Positions 35,917 to 45,986 of a stretch of 64,000 bases of DNA are shown piece by piece. The stretch's first letter is position 1, and each line of letters opens with the position of its first letter. The position numbers and the translations under genes are program-made. Origin of the DNA: an uncultured delta proteobacterium (lineage in GTDB: Bacteria; Myxococcota_A; Polyangia; Polyangiales; Polyangiaceae). The stretch is taken from assembly GCA_963806225.1 (NCBI GenBank), contig CAWDXG010000004.1:5440001-5504000 (forward strand), written 5' to 3'. A model generated the notes under the pieces. The model ran no database searches, had not been told where the DNA came from, and worked only from the letters and a program-made list of their open reading frames with translations.

Positions 35917-38028
35917 CTACTGCGGCGGTGGTTGCGAGCAGACGTGGTTGATGCAGGTAACGCCGCTGGCGGCGGCGCAGCAGTCCGAGTCGGCGTCGCA
36001 GTGATCACCGGTCTGCGAGCAGCCTCCGGTCTGCGGCGAGCAGATCGGGCCGCCTGCTTCCGCGTCCTGGCGGCAGTAGCCGCCGCAGCACTGGGTGCCG
36101 GTCGTGCAGGACTGGCCGTCCTGCTTGCACGGGTCGAGCGCCCAGAAACCGCGCATGTTGAGCGAGCTGGCGTCCTGTCCCTGCAGGCGGAACGGTGCGT
36201 GGCTCGGGTCCTGTCCGGCGGTGGGGTTCTGGTCGATCGCCGCGACCCACAGCTGCTTGACCTGATCCTTCGTGCCCAGAAGCTCGTTGCCGTAGGTGCG
36301 GCGGCTGGTGAACACGACCCAGAAGTAGCCACCGGAGGCCACGGGCGCGAATGTGGGTTCGAAGTTCCAGTGCAGGTCCCGGCTGCCCGCCGCGAACGGA
36401 TAGCCGTCGCCATCGAGCGCGCCGAGGCGGACCTCGCTGTTCGGCGTCTGCGTGCTGGCGATGTAGAGATCCCCATTGCCCGTACGCGTATCGGCGGCTG
36501 CGCTGCGACCGTAGAGTACCCACTTGCCGTCGGGCGAGACGGTCGGCCACACGATGCGGTTGGCTGGGTCGCTGCCGGCCGAAATCAGCACGTGGTCGTT
36601 CGACGCCATCGGGTTCTTCGCGGCGTCGAAGTCCACCACATGCAGATCAGCGGGCGGTGGCTTGTTCCACCCCTCGGGCCAGGTCGCCGGGTCGCCCGCA
36701 GACACGTACGCGATGAGCGAGCCCTCGGGCGACCAGGCGGGCATCGCCGTCATCGCGCCGTCGAGCCCGCTGTTCGGCACCTTCGCGCCCGTCTGCGTGT
36801 CGTACAGGCTCTCGAAACCGCTTGGGCCGCTGACTGCGAGGCTCAAACCCACGCCCATGGTGTTGGTCAGCATGTACTTGCCGTGGGGCGAGACCGCGGA
36901 GTTGCTCCACTCGACCGACTGCCCCTGGGTGAGACCGCTGGCCCAGGTGCCGCCGGTGTAGAAGATGGGCTGGCTTGTCTGCAGGTTGTACGAGCCGCCG
37001 AAGGTGCCGCCGCCCGAGATCAGCGTCGAGCCGTCCGCCGAGACCGTATGGCAGGTCATCAGACATTGGGACTGGACGTATTTGTTCGGATCGGTGAGCG
37101 GTGCCTGGTTCGCGAAGTCGTCGGGCACGCTGGCGCCAGGCTTGATGCGCATGACGCGCCCCAGGTTGTTCGCCCAGTAGTAGATGGTGCCGCGCATCGA
37201 CTCCGGCGCGATGGTCCACTTCTGCTGCGTGACCACGGTCGCATTCGCGCCATCGTAGCGGGACACGAACAGGTCGGCGGAGCCGCTGGTCGAGTCGGTG
37301 AACTTGGTCCACAGCGCGGGGTCGATCGTGTACTTCGACGGCGCTGGCGCTGTCGTGAACGCCTCGAGAATGAAGTACGGACTCGACAGCCGCACGTAGT
37401 AGATGTCGGCGGCGCCGCCACCGTTCCATTCGAGGGGCGGCGACAGGAGCCCGCGCGGGAAGACCGTCTTGTCGTACGGATAGGCCCACACGCAGGACGT
37501 GTCCTGGGTCGTGGCGCCGGTCAGTGCCGTCTGCACGTTGGTCGGAGCACTGACGGCGTCGTCGAGGAACCGCAGCTTGATCCCGAGCTGCGCCGTACCG
37601 GTCTGCCCCTTGTACGCCGCGGTCACGGTGACCTGTCCGCCCACGTTGGCCGACGGCGTGAACACGCCGGCGTTGTCGATAGTGCCGGCGGCGGGCAGGT
37701 TGGCCGACCAGGTTGGAGTCGGGATCGGCTGGGTTGAACCGTCCGCGTAGTTTGCGACGGCGGTGAATCCCTGGGTGACGACCTTGCCGTCGACGATCTC
37801 GATCGTCACGCTGGCGGGTTTGACGCTGATGCTCTTGATCTTGTTGGTGCCGAGGTTGATGCCCGTGTCGCCGCCGCTGCCGGCCGACGCATCTCCCGCT
37901 CCGCCCCCGGTTCCGCTGTGGTGCCCGCTGGCGACTCCGCCGCTGTTGCCGCCGCCGCAGCCGACAGGAAGCGCCGCCAGGGCCGCCGCGAAGAGACAAG
38001 AACCGAGAAGAAGCTTGATGCCACCCAT
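35917..38028 (-). CDS. Myxobacterial-type lipoprotein: Ig-like + TolB/PD40 propeller + Cys-rich tail
   Basis: Lipobox PVG-C, Gly linker, YPYDKTVFPR, PAWSPEG/PTVSPDG repeats, YFWVVFTSRRTYG, C-terminal CC-containing repeats. Confidence 0.85.
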   Translation of the reverse strand: MGGIKLLLGSCLFAAALAALPVGCGGGNSGGVASGHHSGTGGGAGDASAGSGGDTGINLGTNKIKSISVKPASVTIEIVDGKVVTQGFTAVANYADGSTQPIPTPTWSANLPAAGTIDNAGVFTPSANVGGQVTVTAAYKGQTGTAQLGIKLRFLDDAVSAPTNVQTALTGATTQDTSCVWAYPYDKTVFPRGLLSPPLEWNGGGAADIYYVRLSSPYFILEAFTTAPAPSKYTIDPALWTKFTDSTSGSADLFVSRYDGANATVVTQQKWTIAPESMRGTIYYWANNLGRVMRIKPGASVPDDFANQAPLTDPNKYVQSQCLMTCHTVSADGSTLISGGGTFGGSYNLQTSQPIFYTGGTWASGLTQGQSVEWSNSAVSPHGKYMLTNTMGVGLSLAVSGPSGFESLYDTQTGAKVPNSGLDGAMTAMPAWSPEGSLIAYVSAGDPATWPEGWNKPPPADLHVVDFDAAKNPMASNDHVLISAGSDPANRIVWPTVSPDGKWVLYGRSAAADTRTGNGDLYIASTQTPNSEVRLGALDGDGYPFAAGSRDLHWNFEPTFAPVASGGYFWVVFTSRRTYGNELLGTKDQVKQLWVAAIDQNPTAGQDPSHAPFRLQGQDASSLNMRGFWALDPCKQDGQSCTTGTQCCGGYCRQDAEAGGPICSPQTGGCSQTGDHCDADSDCCAAASGVTCINHVCSQPPPQ

Positions 38029-38081
38029 GCGGCGATTCTACGCGATTGCGCCGCGGGCTGACAGCGCCGCGATAGGACCGC

Positions 38082-38855
38082 CTAGAAGTACGCGATCATG
38101 CCCGCTCCGAGCTTGAAGCGGCGGTAGGACGTGCCGGTCGAGTAGGAGACGGGTCCTCGCGGCCCGGTGTCCGTGTGCGTGTACGTGCCCGTGAAGCTGA
38201 GATCGAGCCCGGGTCCGACGTAGAAGCCGAAGTGATCGACCGGCATGATCGTGAACAGCACGTCGGCGGAGAACAGCCAGAACGTGTACTTGTCCTCCGG
38301 GATCGTACTCTGGTAGTCGGGGTGCTCGTCGTCGACAGCAACTGAAATGCCTCCGCGGAACCAGAAGCCGAGCAGGTCGCTCAGCATCAGCGCGTAGCCG
38401 ACCTTGGGCTCGAAAATGAACGTCGAGCCTGTGCCCAGATCATACTTGCGCGTGGCACCGCCGGGGCCCGCGGGTTGCTCCCAGCTGCCGCTGCGTGACT
38501 CGTAGCCGAGGTTGCCGCCGAGCGAGAGCCCGTCGATGATGAAGTAGTGGAAGCCGACGGTCGAGGCGGGCGCCGTTACCGTGTACCGGCCGCCGCCGCG
38601 GGTCGAGAACAGGAGCGAGAAGCGGGTGTTGTCTTCCGAATACTTGAACCCGTTGTCGTCCTTCCAATCGACGTGATCGTTGTACACGCCCATCAGGTCT
38701 TCCGCGGTGACCGCGAACTGCCCCTTGGAACCGAAGCGGTCCGGCGACGCAGCGTCCTGTGCAAAGGCGCGGGCTTCGAAGGAGAACAGTGCTGCCCCGA
38801 GGGCGGCAGCGGTGAGGAGGTGTCGCGCGAGCTTGGGTGTAGCGGTCGAGGTCAT
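38082..38855 (-). CDS. Outer-membrane beta-barrel protein
   Basis: Signal peptide AFA, FGSKGQF, YFIIDGLSLGG, PKVGY, C-terminal GMIAYF. Confidence 0.82.
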   Translation of the reverse strand: MTSTATPKLARHLLTAAALGAALFSFEARAFAQDAASPDRFGSKGQFAVTAEDLMGVYNDHVDWKDDNGFKYSEDNTRFSLLFSTRGGGRYTVTAPASTVGFHYFIIDGLSLGGNLGYESRSGSWEQPAGPGGATRKYDLGTGSTFIFEPKVGYALMLSDLLGFWFRGGISVAVDDEHPDYQSTIPEDKYTFWLFSADVLFTIMPVDHFGFYVGPGLDLSFTGTYTHTDTGPRGPVSYSTGTSYRRFKLGAGMIAYF

Positions 38856-38926
38856 GCCTCGACTGTAGAACGGCAGACGCTCGCGCGGCTAGCTCCGTGA
38901 TCCGCCCCATGCAAGGTCCGGGCCTG

Positions 38927-40864
38927 TCAGCGCGCGGGGTGGCCGCCGGCAATGAGTAGTTGCCCAGAGAAGTCGCGGACCAGGTGTTCGGCGTCGGCCG
39001 CGCTCCGCGATTGGTCCCGCAATACGTGTCCGAATCTGTCCTCGAAGCCGCGCAGCGTTACGGTGGGCTTGTACAGCCCCAGCGTCAGACGCAGCCGATC
39101 GCTGCCCGACACGAGCAGCGCGTCGGCTCTGTGGTGATCGAACGACGCGTGGGCGAGCAGCAGCGAGTTCCGCGGCGGACTGGGCTGTAGCAGGTCGCGG
39201 CCCGCCGCATCCGGTAGCTCGACGTGCTGGCCCGCCACCAGGTGCGCGAGCGTCGGCAGCACGTCGACGTGCAGGGTCGGGTCGCTATCGCGGCGACGCG
39301 GCACGCCTGGGCCGACGATGGCCATCGGCGTCTTGGCGATCACGTCGGCGAACGAATAGCCGTGGCCGTAGCGCCCGTCGTCGAACAGGCTCTCGCCGTG
39401 GTCGCCGGTCAGCACGATGACGTTCTTGTCCGGGTCGAGCTTGTCGATCGCGTCAGCAACCAGGTCGTCGAGAAACGCCAGCGAGTTGTGGTAGCGATTG
39501 GTCAGCGGCACCCGCGCTGCGGCGCCCAGGCTGCTCATGTGCGTGACCGAGAAGTGTACGTTGTTGATCACCGGCAGGTGGCGTTCGTACTTCTCCGGGT
39601 ACCTGTACTCGAAGTGAGAGGAGATCAGGAACACGACGCCGAACAGCGGCCGCTTGTGGGGCGCGTTCGCCGCTTTCACCAGGCTCGACATCGCATGCCG
39701 GTCCCAGTCGATCCACGGGCCCTTGTCGTAGTGGACGAAGCTGTCGAACGTGTGCCGGTTGATGAACTCCTCGCGCCGCATCCACACGACGGGATGCCCG
39801 CTGAAGTACCCGGTGTGGTAGCCGGCCCGCTCGAGTAGCACGAGCGCATCCGGTTTGACCTTGTTGTCGAGCGCGGCGTGGTAGACGAGCGGCGAGCGTC
39901 CGTACAGCAGAGCAAAGAGTCCCGCTTCCGAGTAGTTCGAGCCCGCGTAGTGGTCGGAGAGCCTCAGGCCGCCGTCCGCCCAGGCGGTGAGCCGCGGCAT
40001 CCAGGTGTGCGACAGCGCATCGGCGCGCAGGCTCTCCAGCACGATCACGATCAGATTGGGGCGGTGCGCGACCGGGATGTGCGTCGTGGAGCCGACGGGA
40101 TGCTGCGCCAGAAGCCGCGGAAACTCGCGCTTGTAGGAGCGTGACAGACTGACGGACAGCCGGTCGAGCACCGGGTCGGTGAAGTGCTGGACGTGACTGC
40201 GCGTCGGGCGGAGATCCACCGGCAGTGCTGCGAACAGCCGTTCGACGAGCACCGAGTGCTCGTAGCCGCCGGCGAGCAACACCGGTCCGCCTGCGCCGGC
40301 GAGCACGCCGGTGAGCGAGAGCACGCCGAGCGCGCCGCGGAAGCTCCGCGACGCTCGCCGCACCGGACGCGCCAGCGCGTAGCGGCAGACGTAGGCCGCG
40401 AGCGCGACCGCGACGGTGGAGACGGCCACGTGCTCGAGCGACGGCCACAGCCACTGGCCGATGCCGCCGGCTGCGCGTCCGCCGCCCTCGAGGCTGGCGA
40501 AGCGCAGCACCTCGGTCAGGTGCCGGCCGAAGTCCGCGTAGGCGCGAAGGTCGACCGACAGGATGCCCGCGCCCAGACCGCCGAGCCCGGCAAAACATGC
40601 GAAGGCGGTGCGGCGACGACCGCTCATCGACAGCGCGCTGGCCACCACCAGCGCGGGCAGCAGGAACACCAGCGTGTTGCCCATGATGCCGAGCGGCACC
40701 AGCCAGCGCTCGTCGCCGCCCAGAGCTGCGCCCCCGACCCCGAGTAGAGAGGCGAATGCCCGGCGATCGATCAGCAGATACGATCCGACTGCGTACAGCA
40801 CGGTCGCCATCGCGTATCCGACTACGTCGGCGGTGCCGGTCTCGGGGGCATCGCGCCTGGGCAT
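38927..40864 (-). CDS. Membrane-anchored sulfatase-like protein (YejM/LTA-synthase-like)
   Basis: Several N-terminal TMs, PNLIVIVLESLRAD, HYAGSN.SEAGLFALLYG, LTGDHGE. Confidence 0.85.
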   Translation of the reverse strand: MPRRDAPETGTADVVGYAMATVLYAVGSYLLIDRRAFASLLGVGGAALGGDERWLVPLGIMGNTLVFLLPALVVASALSMSGRRRTAFACFAGLGGLGAGILSVDLRAYADFGRHLTEVLRFASLEGGGRAAGGIGQWLWPSLEHVAVSTVAVALAAYVCRYALARPVRRASRSFRGALGVLSLTGVLAGAGGPVLLAGGYEHSVLVERLFAALPVDLRPTRSHVQHFTDPVLDRLSVSLSRSYKREFPRLLAQHPVGSTTHIPVAHRPNLIVIVLESLRADALSHTWMPRLTAWADGGLRLSDHYAGSNYSEAGLFALLYGRSPLVYHAALDNKVKPDALVLLERAGYHTGYFSGHPVVWMRREEFINRHTFDSFVHYDKGPWIDWDRHAMSSLVKAANAPHKRPLFGVVFLISSHFEYRYPEKYERHLPVINNVHFSVTHMSSLGAAARVPLTNRYHNSLAFLDDLVADAIDKLDPDKNVIVLTGDHGESLFDDGRYGHGYSFADVIAKTPMAIVGPGVPRRRDSDPTLHVDVLPTLAHLVAGQHVELPDAAGRDLLQPSPPRNSLLLAHASFDHHRADALLVSGSDRLRLTLGLYKPTVTLRGFEDRFGHVLRDQSRSAADAEHLVRDFSGQLLIAGGHPAR

Positions 40865-41107
40865 GGGAAATCAAGCGTAGCAGAGCTCCTGTCCGGTTTC
40901 CTTTTCGGCGCTGGCGGACTGGCCCGTGAGTTGCAGCGAGCCGTCCCGGGGGAGGGGGATTACCGGACAACGCCGCTCGGCCTGCCGAGCGGCGCGAGAG
41001 CGCGCGATGGGTTTGTTGCGGTGATGCGCAGGCAACACGCAAAGGCTGCGCCGCGCAGGCTCGGTCCGGACTGTCCCGAAGCCGGCTCGAAACAAAAGGG
41101 GGGGACC

Positions 41108-42415
41108 ATGTTTCTGCGAACGGCGATCGCGATAGGGGGAACGATTTCGATGCTGGTGTCCGGATGCGGCGGCGGCGGCAGCTCCGCCGCGACGGGCGGC
41201 GCGGGAGGAGAGGGAGGTTCGGCCGGAACAGGCGGAACGGGTGGCGCGGCCGGAGCAGGCGGCGTGGCTGGAATGGGCGGCTCGGCGGGGACGGGCGGTT
41301 CCGCGGGAACGGGCGGTTCCGGTGGCTGCCCGGCCCTTCCCGCTTCGGTCGATCAGGATCTAGGCGTGGGTCCCGGCTGCGTGTCCATGAACAGGACACG
41401 TGTGGAAAATGGCGCCACCCTGACGCTCGCGCCGGGGACCGAGGTGCGCGTGGCGTCCGACGGCTACCTGCTCGTCCACGACAACGGAACGCTGGAAGCG
41501 ACCGGCACCGTCGCGAAGCCTATCGTGTTCACGTCGGCTTCACAGAGCCCGGCGCCGGGGGACTGGCAGTGCATCCGCTTCGACAACGGCAGCTCGGGCT
41601 CGCAGATCCGTCATGCCACGCTCGAATACGGCGGGCAGGCTTGCGACGCGAACGGTTCGAAGAAGGAGGCCATCGTCGTGATCGGTTCCGGCATCAAGCA
41701 ACTTGCGGACACGATGATCTCCCACAGCTCCACGCACGGCATCGAGATCGAACACAACGCCAACCCGCGCGGGCTCGAGAACCTCGCGTTCTCCGACAAT
41801 GGCAAACCGTCGATCCTCACCAGCATGTCGGAGGTGCTGACGCTCGGCCAGGGCTACACCTTCCAGGACGCTGCCGACCGGATCGAGGTCGACACGACCT
41901 TCGCCCTCCAGAGAACCGGGCACTGGCTGTCCCAGCCGGTCGCGTTCCGCATGGTGGGCGGCCCAGATCTCGGCGGAAAGGCGGAAGTCACGATGGATGC
42001 CGGCCTTCGCCTGGAGATGACCGGCAAGACGTTCACCGTCTTCAACTCGAATCTGGTGATCGAAGGCACGGCCACGGATCCGGTGGTGTTCACCAGCGGT
42101 GCGAGCAATCCTGCCGCCGGCGACTGGGGCTGCATGTCGTTCGAGAACACGACGGGTACGCCCAACATCGACCATGCCGTGTTCGAGTACGCGGGATCCG
42201 GCGACGGCTGCACCGGCGCCAACTACCACACCGCCTTGAGCGTCCCCGCCTCGGCGAACATCACCAACACCACGTTCAACGAGATCGCGGGCTACGCCAT
42301 CAGGAGCTCGGCCGCCTGCTCGTCGAAGAAGTCCCAGTGGTGCAGCAACACCTTCCGCGCGGTTACCGACGCCGAGGTGAGCTGCAATCTGGATCAAGAT
42401 CTGGGCTGTCCGTAG
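41108..42415 (+). CDS. Lipoprotein with Gly-rich linker and beta-helix-like repeats
   Basis: LVSG-C lipobox; internal duplication IVFTS..SPAPGDWQCI.F / VVFTS..NPAAGDWGCM.F. Confidence 0.8.
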   Translation: MFLRTAIAIGGTISMLVSGCGGGGSSAATGGAGGEGGSAGTGGTGGAAGAGGVAGMGGSAGTGGSAGTGGSGGCPALPASVDQDLGVGPGCVSMNRTRVENGATLTLAPGTEVRVASDGYLLVHDNGTLEATGTVAKPIVFTSASQSPAPGDWQCIRFDNGSSGSQIRHATLEYGGQACDANGSKKEAIVVIGSGIKQLADTMISHSSTHGIEIEHNANPRGLENLAFSDNGKPSILTSMSEVLTLGQGYTFQDAADRIEVDTTFALQRTGHWLSQPVAFRMVGGPDLGGKAEVTMDAGLRLEMTGKTFTVFNSNLVIEGTATDPVVFTSGASNPAAGDWGCMSFENTTGTPNIDHAVFEYAGSGDGCTGANYHTALSVPASANITNTTFNEIAGYAIRSSAACSSKKSQWCSNTFRAVTDAEVSCNLDQDLGCP

Positions 42416-42517
42416 CAGCGACGGCTGCTCGGCGGCGCGGCGCCATCAGCGCTGCTTGCGATTGCGGGCACGATGCGGTTTCATGTGTAACTGCTGGTGT
42501 GTTGCCGGGAGGACAAG

Positions 42518-43666
42518 ATGCGACAATGGTCGAACTGGGCCTTTCTGCTCCTTGTTGTCTGGGGCTGCAGCTCGACGGGATCGGCAAACGGCTCGACACC
42601 GGACAGCGGTGCGGCGGGCTCCGATGCATCCGCGGCCGGGAGCGGCGCCAGCGCAGGCACTGCGGGCGCGGACGGGAGCGCGGCGACAGGCGGTAGTGCG
42701 GGTACGGGCGGCACTGCGGGCATGGGCGGCGCCGCGGGCACTTCCGGGTCCGGAGGCAGCGCCGGATTGGACGGCGGCGCCGGTATGTCAGGCAGCGGTG
42801 GCGCCGGTGACGCCGGCGTGCCCGATCCGCCGGCGTGTCCCGCGACGACGTTCCTCGACGAGGACAAGATCGCCGTCGCAACCGTGCTCCTCGATTCGTG
42901 CATCTCGGACGACGGCTTCTGGCGCACGCAGAACGAGCTCCGCGGCACCCTGGAGGAGCCCTGGTATCCCAGCACGCCGACGTTGGTGAATTGCCTGGCC
43001 AATGTGACCAACGGGTGCGCGGGCGTCTCCGCGTGCTTCGGCTATTCGGCGTACACGAACGAGACGTGCGACACGTGCAACGGCAACGTGGCTGTGTACT
43101 GTGGGACCGACGGTCCGTTCCTGTGGGACTGCGACAAGCTGGGCTTGACCTGCAGTGCGGGTTGGTGCCTGCCGCCGGGTGGGCAAGGGTGCTCCGGCCA
43201 GACATTCACCGAACAATGCAGCTCGCAGGGGCAACCGTTGCATTGCGAAGGGAAGCGCGTGCACGTTGGGCCGACCTGCGCCGACTACGGCCTCGCGTGC
43301 AACGACGCGGCCGTGCCCCGATGCACGGGGGTGGGCCCCCTGTGCTCCGGGCCGTCGAACCCATATTTCGACATCCAATACGTCGGCCAGAGCTGTCAGG
43401 GCGACGTGATGGACGCCTGCGTCGGGGCAGCCGTCGGGCGCCAGGCGAAGCTGGATTGCAGCTGCTTCGGTCCTGGCTTCTCGTGCCAGTCCGCGGAGGG
43501 CGCGACCTTCTGCGGCGCCGCGAGCGAGTGCGATCCCGAGACGCACGCCAAGAGCTGCAACGGAACCAGCGTCGTCTTCTGCGACGCCGGCAAGCTTCGC
43601 AGCGTCGACTGCATGGCGCTCGGCTTCACGAGCTGCAACCCGGACGCGGGCTTCGGCTGCCAGTAG
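42518..43666 (+). CDS. Cys-rich lipoprotein with Gly/Ala linker
   Basis: VWG-C lipobox, GGxAG linker, repeated C.G..(V/M)..C....DC...G..C modules. Confidence 0.8.
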   Translation: MRQWSNWAFLLLVVWGCSSTGSANGSTPDSGAAGSDASAAGSGASAGTAGADGSAATGGSAGTGGTAGMGGAAGTSGSGGSAGLDGGAGMSGSGGAGDAGVPDPPACPATTFLDEDKIAVATVLLDSCISDDGFWRTQNELRGTLEEPWYPSTPTLVNCLANVTNGCAGVSACFGYSAYTNETCDTCNGNVAVYCGTDGPFLWDCDKLGLTCSAGWCLPPGGQGCSGQTFTEQCSSQGQPLHCEGKRVHVGPTCADYGLACNDAAVPRCTGVGPLCSGPSNPYFDIQYVGQSCQGDVMDACVGAAVGRQAKLDCSCFGPGFSCQSAEGATFCGAASECDPETHAKSCNGTSVVFCDAGKLRSVDCMALGFTSCNPDAGFGCQ

Positions 43667-45986
43667 CTATTCGGCCGCGGAGCGCCCGCTCTTCGCCTTG
43701 GCTCCGCGCACGCGCTCGATCGCGAAGTACGCGGCTTCGGGCGTCGCGGGACAGCCGAGCTCCACCGTCTGCGCCTTGCCGAAAGCGCTGACGGCCTGGC
43801 GCACCGCTTCGCGCGCGGAGATCGCGAGCATGAAGGGCGGCTCGCCGACGGCCTTGCTGCCGTGGATGACGCCGGACTCGGCGGCTCGCTCCATGAAGTG
43901 CACGTTGAACTCCGGCGGACACTCACCCAGGCTCGGCAGCTTGTAGGTCGAAGCGCCGCTGCGTGGCGAAGCGCCCGCTGTCGTCCCACACCAGCTCCTC
44001 CATCAAGAGCCAGCCCAGCCCCTGGATGAAGCCGCCCTCGACCTGTCCGCGGTCGACCAGCGGCGACATCGAGTCGCCCACGTCGTGCAGGATGTCGACG
44101 CGGCGCACGCGGTGCTGCCCGGTGAAGCCGTCGACCTCGACCTCGGTGACCGCCGCGCCGTACGCGAAGTAGTGGAACGGCTTGCCCTGGCCCGCCTTCT
44201 CGTCGAAGTGGATGTCCGGAGTGCGGTAGTAGCCGGTCGCCGAGAGCGGCACGCGCTCGAGATAGGCCTGCTTCACGACGTCGGCGAAGGGGCGCGCCTT
44301 GTCGCTGTCGCCGAGCGGGTAGACCTTGCCGTCTTCGAACACAACGTCGTCCGGGTTCACGCCGAAGATCTGCGCTGCCACCTCCGCGAGCCGCGCCTTG
44401 AGCGTATCGCAGGCGTCTCGCACTGCGGCGCCGTTCAGGTCCGAGCCGCTCGACGCCGCGGTGGCCGAAGTGTTCGGCACCTTGTCGGTGCGGGTCGGCA
44501 TCAGCCGTACGCTTTCTGGGGGCAAGCCCAGCGCGTCGGCCGCGATCTGCAGCATCTTGGTGTGCAGGCCCTGGCCCATCTCGGTGCCGCCGTGGTTCAG
44601 CTGCACGCTGCCGTCCTGGTAGATGAGCACCAGCGCGCCCGCCTGGTTGAAGAACGCGGTCGTGAACGAGATGCCGAACTTGACCGGCGTGATGGCGAGC
44701 CCGCGTTTTTCGTGCGGGTGGCTCGCGTTGAACGCTTCCGCCTCGGCCCAGCGCGCCTCGAAGTCGCTCGACTTCCGGAGCTCCGACCACACGCGTGCGA
44801 CGCGCCCCGCGTCCTTGACGACCTGGCCGTAGTGCGTGCGGTCGCCCTCGGAGTAGAAGTTCCGCTCGCGCACCACGTGCGGCGGCAGACCGAGCTCGCG
44901 CGCGACGCGGTCGATGATCTCCTCGATCACGAGCATGCCCTGCGGGCCGCCGAAGCCGCGGAATGCCGTGCTCGACGCCTTGTGCGTGAGACACACGCGC
45001 CCCGTCACCTCCATGTCCGGCACCAGGTAGCTGTTATCCGAGTGGAACATGCCGCGCCACAGGACGGGCGAGGACAGGTCGAGGCTCCAGCCGCCGTCGC
45101 TGAACAGGGCGATGCGCGCGCCGACGAGCTTGCCCGAGTCGTCGAAGCCCGCCTCGAACCGCCCGAGGAACGGGTGCCGCTTGCCGGTCATCACCATGTC
45201 GAGCTGGCGGGAAAGGCGCACGCGCACTGGCCTGCCCGTGTGCGCGAGACCGAGCGCCGCCACCGCCGCATAGGGATTGGCCTGCGATTCCTTGCCGCCG
45301 AAGGCGCCGCCCATGCGCAGCGACTGCACGGTGACACGGTGCTTCTGGGTGCCCAGCACGCGCGCGACCACGTCCTGCGTCTCGCTCGGGTGCTGCGTGG
45401 ACGACTGCACGACGATCTGCTCGGCCTCGTCGCTGTAGGCGAGAGCGGCCTGCGTCTCGAGGTAGAAGTGCTCCTGCCCGCCGATGTGAAGCTCGCCCGA
45501 GAGGCGATGGGGCGCGCGCGCCATGACTTCGCCCGGCTTGCCGCGCAGAATCCGGAACTCTTCGGTGTGGAAGCTCTCCTTCGCGATCGCGGACTCGATG
45601 TCGAGGATGGTCGGCAGCTCCTCGTACTCGACTTTCACGGCGAAGGAGCCGAGGCGCGCCGCTTCCTCGGTCTCGCCGAGCACCCACACGACGGGCTGAC
45701 CATGGAACATGATCTCCGACGAAAACAGCGGCTCGTCGTGCCGCGCCGCGCCGGTGTCGTTTTCGCCCGGTACATCTGCTGCGCCGAGCACGCGCACCAC
45801 TCCGGGCAGCTTCTCCGCCGCGCTGCTGTCGACCGACACGACGCGGGCGTGCGCATGCGGCGCCTGTACCGGCCACGCGTGCAGGAGCCCCGGAAAGCGG
45901 GTCACCAGGTCGTCGGTGTACAGCGCACTGCCGGTGACGTGGCCGCGCGCGCTCTCGTGTGGGATCGCCTTGCCTACTTCGGTCAT
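43667..45986 (-). CDS. xdhB: Xanthine dehydrogenase molybdopterin-binding subunit (frameshift ~43960)
   Basis: HESARGHVTG, GGQEHFYLE, RMGGAFGGKE, TAFRGFGGPQG, GGTEMGQGL, SKAVGEPPFML. Confidence 0.95.

Noticed and set aside
41165..41330. Repetitive GGC-rich DNA (also ~42600-42810) as possible tandem repeat or CRISPR
   Set aside because: Encodes Gly/Ala/Ser linkers of lipoproteins; no constant repeat with unique spacers and no cas genes.
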